Shown here: positions 41,922 to 48,881 of the stretch, one piece after another | Numbering within the stretch: position 1 is the stretch's first letter | Layout of the letters: each line of letters begins with the position of its first letter | Assembly (NCBI GenBank): GCA_035275385.1 | Contig: DATEMW010000343.1 | Span: 1-48,881 of the forward strand | DNA from: Candidatus Methylomirabilota bacterium | Lineage (GTDB): Bacteria; Methylomirabilota; Methylomirabilia; Rokubacteriales; CSP1-6 | Reading direction: 5' to 3' | DNA: 48,881 nucleotides | Made by a program: the position numbers and the translations under genes | Notes under the pieces: generated by a model | What the model was told of the DNA's origin: nothing | The model's input: the letters and a program-made list of their open reading frames with translations, nothing else | Databases searched by the model: none

Positions 41922-41971
41922 TGTACTGACCAGTCGGTACAGAAACTACTCCCCCGAGATCGGGCTGTCAA
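41922..41971 (-). promoter_or_regulatory. Promoter plus palindromic operator of the tetR-ECF sigma operon
   Basis: The minus strand reads a perfect TTGACA (41971-41966), a 17-nt spacer, then TAGTTT (41948-41943). An imperfect 20-bp palindrome TGTACCGACTGGTCAGTACA (41941-41922, 8/10 per half-site) follows and ends 1 nt before the tetR ATG. No Shine-Dalgarno is visible. Confidence 0.55.
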
Positions 41972-42037
41972 GACATGGCCGGTTTAGCGAGCTATCTCGA
42001 TCAGTTAGGGGCAGTTATCGATTCCGGCTGCAGCGGT

Positions 42038-43450
42038 TCAGAAGAGCGGCGTGGCGATCCGGAGAGCGGCCATGACGATGGGCTTGGGATAGACCCCAAG
42101 CGCCACGACAGCGACCGCGCACAGCGCGACGGCCAGCGCGAGGGTGCCCGAGAGCCGAATCCGCCCGGCCGGGGCGTCGGGCGGCTCGATGTACATCCTT
42201 TTGGCGACGACCAGGTAATAGAAGAGCGCCACCACGGTCAGGAGCGCGCCCACGAGCACCAGCCAGTAGAGGCCCGCCGAGGCCGCGGCCCAGAACACGT
42301 AGAGCTTCGCCCAGAAACCCGCCACGAACGGAATGCCGCCGAGCGAGAGCAGGAACAAGAGCATCGCCAGCGCGAGGAGCGGCGAGCGCTGGGCCAGGCC
42401 GCGCAGCGCGACGGTCGACTCCGAGTGCTCGGAGCGCGCGACGGCCTCGACCACTAGAAACGCGCCCATGTTGCCGAAGACGTAGGCGACCAGATAGAAG
42501 AGCACCATCGCCATGCCGGACGCCGAGGCCGCGGCGAACCCGACCAGCATGTAGCCGATGTGGGCGATGCCGGAGTACGCGAGCAGGCGCTTGGTGTTCT
42601 GCTGCGGCAGCGCCATCAGGTTGCCGCCGACGATCGTGATCGCGGCCAGCCCCGCCGCGAGCGGGATCCACGCCGCCGCGCGCTCGCCCATGCCCTCGAA
42701 ATACACGCGGAAGAGCGCGACGAAGCCGGCGGCCTTGGGCGCCACCGAGAGCCACGCCACGAACGGCGTCGAGGCCGCCTCGTAGGTGTCCGGCACCCAC
42801 ATGTGGAACGGGAATGCCGCGATCTTGAACGCGAAGCCCGCGAACACCGCGAGCATGCCGAGCAGCAGGAGCGGCTGGCTCGTCGAGAAGGCCTGCGCCA
42901 CGCGCGCCAGATCGGTCGAGCGCACGGCGCCGTAGACGAACGAGAGCCCGTACGCCATCACGGCGGAGGAGACGCTGCCGACCAGGAAGAACTTGAGCGC
43001 CGCCTCGACCGCCACGTCCTGCTTCTTCAAGAACCCCGAGAGCAGATAGAGCGGGATCGACATCAGCTCGAAGGCGACGAAGAGAAGGATCAGGTCGCGG
43101 GCCGACGCCAGCACGAGCATGCCGAGCAGCGAGGACAGGATCAGCAGGTGATACTCGCCGGCGCGCCGGCCGCACGCGACGCCATCCCGGGCGATCCCGG
43201 CGAGGAGCCCGATGAAGGTCGCCGCCAGGAACAGGCGCTTGGCGAAGATCGCCAGCGGGTCCTGGACGAACATGCCGAAGAGCGTGGGCGGCATCGGCTT
43301 CACGACGGCGCTCAGGACGCCGAGGGCGACGATGCCCAGGGTGGCGATCCAGGCGATCCACCGGCGGTCCGTCCCGCGCGCGAACAGGCTCGCGACGAAG
43401 ACGATCAGCATGAGGATAGCCAGGCCGAGCTCGAGGGCGAGCGGGCTCAT
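42038..43450 (-). CDS. nuoN: NADH-quinone oxidoreductase subunit N (cluster 2)
   Basis: Start at ATG 43450 (ATGA overlap with nuoM). FELMSIPLYLL, FKIAAFPFHMWVPDTYEAASTP and AYSGIAHIGYM are present. Confidence 0.92.
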   Translation of the reverse strand: MSPLALELGLAILMLIVFVASLFARGTDRRWIAWIATLGIVALGVLSAVVKPMPPTLFGMFVQDPLAIFAKRLFLAATFIGLLAGIARDGVACGRRAGEYHLLILSSLLGMLVLASARDLILLFVAFELMSIPLYLLSGFLKKQDVAVEAALKFFLVGSVSSAVMAYGLSFVYGAVRSTDLARVAQAFSTSQPLLLLGMLAVFAGFAFKIAAFPFHMWVPDTYEAASTPFVAWLSVAPKAAGFVALFRVYFEGMGERAAAWIPLAAGLAAITIVGGNLMALPQQNTKRLLAYSGIAHIGYMLVGFAAASASGMAMVLFYLVAYVFGNMGAFLVVEAVARSEHSESTVALRGLAQRSPLLALAMLLFLLSLGGIPFVAGFWAKLYVFWAAASAGLYWLVLVGALLTVVALFYYLVVAKRMYIEPPDAPAGRIRLSGTLALAVALCAVAVVALGVYPKPIVMAALRIATPLF

Positions 43451-44969
43451 GGGCTCACGATCCGCGCGAGCAGCGGCACCGTCGCGGTGTCGATCGGGCC
43501 GATCGCGAGCCCCGGCACCATGCCGAAGAACACCAGCACCGCGACCAGGAGGACCAGCGCGACCCACTCGGGCCCGCGCGCATCGCCCAGGTCGTGGAAG
43601 TGCGCCGACGGCGGGCCCCAGAAGATCTGCTTGACCACTCGCAGCACGTAGATGGCGGTCAGGAACGTCCCGGCGACGGCGGGGAACAGCCACCATGGGT
43701 GCGCGGACCGCCACGAGCCGAGGAACGTCAAGAGCTCGGCCACGAATCCGGCGGTGGCCGGCAGCCCGAGCGAGGAGAGGCCGCCGATCGTGAACGCGGC
43801 CGCGATGCCCGGCATCATCTTGGCGAAGCCGCCCATCTTGCCGATCTCGCGCGAGTGCGCCTTCTCGTAGACCAGTCCGACGAGCGCGAAGAAGAGCCCC
43901 GTCATGACGCCGTGGGCGAACATCTGGAACACCGAGCCGTTGAGCCCGACCTCGGTGAGGGTCGCGGCCCCGAGCATGACGATCCCCATGTGCGACACGG
44001 ACGAGTACGCGATCACGTACTTGAGATCGGTCTGCGCCATCGAGGAGAGCGCGCCGTAGACGATGTTGACGCACGCGATCGTGCCGACGAGCCACGCCAG
44101 GTCGACCGCGCCGTCGGGCAAGAGCCCCATGCCCACCCGCACGACGCCGTACGCGCCGAGCTTCATCAAGACACCCGCGTGGAGCATCGACACGGCCGTC
44201 GGCGCCGAGGCGTGGCCGTCGGGCGACCAGGTGTGGAGCGGCCAGATGCCGGCGAGGATGCCGAAGCCCACGTAGAATGCGAGAAAGACCCAGCGCTGCA
44301 ACCCCCGCGGGAACGCGGTGGCCTCGAAGTCGAGGAACGAGAACGACGCCGATCCCGCGTGGACGTAGAGCGCCAGGATACCGACCAGGATGAACGCCGA
44401 CCCGAACAAGAGGTAGAGGGTCAGCTTCATCGCCGCGTATTCCTTCGTGCCGACGCCGGTCTCGCGGAACGCCCATGCGAAGATCCCGCGCGGCCGCACC
44501 TCGCCCGTGGAGCCCCAGATGCCGATGAGGAGGTACATCGGCAGCACGGCGAGCTCGTAGAAGAGGAACAGCACGAAGAGATCGAGCGAGACGAACACGC
44601 CGTAGACGCCGGTCACCAGCGCCAGGAGCAGCGCGTAGAACTCCTGGCTCCGCACCGTGACGGTCCACGACGCGAAGACGCCGGCCACGATGATGATCGA
44701 CGTCAGGAGCACCATCAGGAGGCTGATCCCGTCGACGCCGACCTCGTACGAGATCCCGAGCGGCGGCACCAGCGGCACCTTCTCGTAGAACTGAAAGCCC
44801 GCTGTCTCGCGCTCGTAGGCGACGTAGATCCAGATCGAGAGCACGGCCGAGATCCCCGTCGTGACCACCGAGATCAGCCGCACGGCGCGGGGGCTGTGGC
44901 GGGCCGTGAACATGATCAGCAGCGCGCCGATGAACGGCGACCACGTGATGATCGAGAGCAGCGGGATCG

Positions 44970-44982
<13 letters not shown>
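43447..44982 (-). CDS. nuoM: NADH-quinone oxidoreductase subunit M (cluster 2)
   Basis: FYELAVLPMYLLIGIWG, WPLHTWSPDGHASAPTAVSMLHAGVLMKLG and AYSSVSHMG are present. The start is either ATG 44982 or ATG 44973; the latter forms an ATGA overlap with nuoL. Confidence 0.9.
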
Positions 44983-46796
<1,814 letters not shown>

Positions 46797-46800
46797 GCGC

Positions 46801-47103
46801 CTATCCCCGCAAGAGGTCGAGCCGGTCGGCGTCGACCGTCCGCCGGACGCGGAAGATCGCGATGACGATCGCGAGGCCGACGGCGACCTCGACCACCGTG
46901 ATGGCGATCGTGAACAGCGTGAAGATCAGCCCGGTCAGGTCGCCGTGAAAGCGCGCGAACGCGACCAGATTGATGTTGACGGCGTTCAGCATCAGCTCGA
47001 TCCCGAGGAGGATGCCGACCGCGTTGCGGCGGGTCAGCACACCGAACAGGCCGATCGAGAACACGAGCGCCGCGAGGACCAGATAGGACGAAAGCCCGAT
47101 CAT
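46801..47103 (-). CDS. nuoK: NADH-quinone oxidoreductase subunit K (cluster 2)
   Basis: Start at ATG 47103 (ATGA overlap with nuoJ). GIELMLNAVNI and [10 protein letters not shown] are present. Roughly half identical by eye to cluster-1 NuoK. Confidence 0.92.
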   Translation of the reverse strand: MIGLSSYLVLAALVFSIGLFGVLTRRNAVGILLGIELMLNAVNINLVAFARFHGDLTGLIFTLFTIAITVVEVAVGLAIVIAIFRVRRTVDADRLDLLRG

Positions 47104-47594
47104 TCCTCGCTCCGCGCGAAGTAGAGGGCGCCGATGAGCCCGGCCACCAGCAGCACGCCCAGGAGCTCGAACGTGACGGCGAATGGGCCGACGAGCGCGC
47201 GGCCGATCGACGCGGTCACGTCGCCGGTCTGCTCCGGCCGTGGGGCCGCGGGCGGCGCCTGCAGGAGGAATCCCGCGATACCCGCGAAGACCGCGGCCGC
47301 CACGATCGCGCCGTTGATCAGATGACGGCTCGTCTGTCTGATCCGCTCGCCCACGAGCCGCTCGGTCAGCATGATCGCGAACACCACGATCGTGACGACG
47401 CCGCCCGCGTAGAGGAGCAGCTGGACGGCGAACAGGAACGGCTGATCGAGCAGGAGGAACACCGCGCCGGTGGCGACCAGGGCCGCCGCGAGGTACAGCA
47501 CGGCGTGGAACAGGTTCGGCGTGAGCACGACGGCGAGGCTCGAGCCGAGTAGCACCGCGGCTACCAGCCAGAATCCCACCGTCTCGACGGTCAC
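47100..47594 (-). CDS. nuoJ: NADH-quinone oxidoreductase subunit J (cluster 2)
   Basis: LDQPFLFAVQLLLYAGGVVTIVVFAIML is present. Position between nuoI and nuoK also supports the call. Confidence 0.9.
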   Translation of the reverse strand: MTVETVGFWLVAAVLLGSSLAVVLTPNLFHAVLYLAAALVATGAVFLLLDQPFLFAVQLLLYAGGVVTIVVFAIMLTERLVGERIRQTSRHLINGAIVAAAVFAGIAGFLLQAPPAAPRPEQTGDVTASIGRALVGPFAVTFELLGVLLVAGLIGALYFARSEE

Positions 47595-48172
47595 TCGCTC
47601 GGCTCCTTCGCTTCTCCCTTGGCTGCCCCCTTACCTTCGCCCCGGGCCTCGCGCGCGGGCTTGGGGGGCGCCTGCATGTCGCGGAGCCTGTTGCCGGTGG
47701 CCCACGACGGCTCGAACTCGAGGCCGATCGCGTGCAGACGATCCTTGTCGAGCAGGAGCTCACGCCGATCGGCGGTCGCCAGATCGAAGGACTTCATCAT
47801 GATGATCGCGTCGGTGGGGCAGACCTGCACACAGAGCTCGCAGAACTCGCACGCGTAGAGCTCGAGCGTGAATTTCTTGGCGTAGTTCCGCTTCTCGCCC
47901 TTCAGCATCTCGACCTTGATGACCTGGGGCGGGCACACGTACTCGCAGAGACGGCAGCCGATGCAGGCCTCTTCGCCGGTGTCCTTCTCGTAGGCGAGGG
48001 CCAGGATGCCGCGGAAGCGGTCGGGGTACGGGCGCTTGACGTCCGGATAGTGGACCGTCACCGGCTTGCGAAAGAGATTGCGAAAGGTGATGCCCATCGC
48101 GCGGCCGACGGCGGTCACGAGCTGCCCCGTCTCCCGCCAGAATCCCGCCGGCGCGCGGCCGTTAGCCGCCAC
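47591..48172 (-). CDS. nuoI: NADH-quinone oxidoreductase subunit I (cluster 2) with a Lys/Glu/Ala-rich C-terminal tail
   Basis: GTG start overlaps the nuoH end by 11 nt. CIGCRLCEYVCP and CEFCELCVQVCP are two 4Fe-4S motifs. Confidence 0.9.
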   Translation of the reverse strand: MAANGRAPAGFWRETGQLVTAVGRAMGITFRNLFRKPVTVHYPDVKRPYPDRFRGILALAYEKDTGEEACIGCRLCEYVCPPQVIKVEMLKGEKRNYAKKFTLELYACEFCELCVQVCPTDAIIMMKSFDLATADRRELLLDKDRLHAIGLEFEPSWATGNRLRDMQAPPKPAREARGEGKGAAKGEAKEPSE

Positions 48173-48881
48173 TGGCGCCTCGCGTCGCGACCACGAACGC
48201 CGTCGCCAGCAGCAGCACCAGGGTCGACGGCAACAGGAGCTTCCAGGAGATCGCCAGGATCTGGTCGACGCGGATCCGCACGAAGGACCAGCGCACCCAC
48301 GTGACGATCAGGAAGATCACGATCGCCTTCAGCAAGAGCCACAGCGGGCCGAGCCACTCCGGGCCGGGCCCGAGCCAGCCGCCCAGGAACAAGAGCGCGC
48401 CGAGGAAGCTGGTGCCGAGCATGTGGGCGTACTCGCCCAGCTGGATCAGCGCGAACTTCATGCCGCTGTACTCGACGCGGAAGCCCGCGACCAGCTCGGA
48501 CTCGGCCTCGAGGATGTCGAACGGCACGCGGTTCTCGGCCGCGAGCGTCGCGATCAGGAACGCGATGAACGCGAGCTGGCCGATGACCGGGTACGCGACG
48601 AACCAGAGGCCCTGCTGCGCGACGACGATCGCCGACATCTGCATCGAGCCCGCCAGCACCACCGGCACGAGCGCGGCGAAGATGAACGGCAGATCGTACG
48701 AGATGATTTGATTCACCGCCCGCATCGCGGACAGGAGCGCGTACTTGTTGTTCGACCCCCAGCCGCCCATGAAGAGCCCGACGATCTCGAGCGACGAGAC
48801 GGCGAGGAAGAAGAGCACGCCGATGTTCAGGTCGGCCACGCCGAGCTGCGGCGCGAACGGGATCGTGGCGAAGATGAGCAG
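48162..48881 (-). CDS. nuoH: NADH-quinone oxidoreductase subunit H (cluster 2), C-terminal 239 codons; the 5' end lies beyond the window
   Basis: The frame stays open to the window edge (LLIFATIPFAPQLGVADLNIGVL...). Canonical GGWGSNNKYALLSAMRAVNQIISYD and EAESELVAGFRVEYSGMKF motifs are present. Confidence 0.9.
   Translation of the reverse strand: MLIFATIPFAPQLGVADLNIGVLFFLAVSSLEIVGLFMGGWGSNNKYALLSAMRAVNQIISYDLPFIFAALVPVVLAGSMQMSAIVVAQQGLWFVAYPVIGQLAFIAFLIATLAAENRVPFDILEAESELVAGFRVEYSGMKFALIQLGEYAHMLGTSFLGALLFLGGWLGPGPEWLGPLWLLLKAIVIFLIVTWVRWSFVRIRVDQILAISWKLLLPSTLVLLLATAFVVATRGASGG

Overview
GC-rich chromosomal segment from a diderm (Gram-negative-type) bacterium. The lineage cannot be fixed from sequence alone. 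About 57 genes are present, all but four on the minus strand, mostly packed with 0-10 nt spacers or ATGA/GTGA stop-start overlaps. From left to right:

- Two tandem paralogous outer-membrane porin-like genes.
- A TPR lipoprotein gene divergent from an FmdB-type zinc-ribbon gene.
- A mixed operon: pccB, methylmalonyl-CoA mutase large subunit, two exported proteins, ispB, DUF62.
- A plus-strand trio of small membrane/stress proteins (DUF948, YtxH, DUF4337).
- A 14.7-kb, 17-gene array: lipA, nuoABCDEFGHIJK, pdhA, pdhB, pdhC, lpdA, DUF421.
- tRNA-Leu(GAG).
- A peptide-type ABC importer (binding protein plus two permeases, no ATPase) directly behind gap-pgk-tpiA-secG.
- comF-like, LapB-like TPR/zinc-ribbon and DksA-family genes.
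- The conserved block rplU-rpmA-obg-proB-proA-nadD-rsfS.
- A translationally coupled TetR-ECF sigma pair with a recognisable promoter and operator.
- A second, diverged complex I block, nuoH-I-J-K-L-M-N, truncated at the right edge.

No CRISPR array, transposase, integrase or phage genes were seen, so this reads as core chromosome rather than an island.

The most unusual feature is that the first nuo cluster stops at nuoK. It lacks the antiporter-like genes nuoL/M/N and is fused without gaps to lipoyl synthase upstream and the pyruvate dehydrogenase complex downstream. Its NuoD carries a ~46-residue insertion and its NuoG is unusually compact. All functional assignments come from reading the translated ORFs against remembered family motifs. 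No database search was run.
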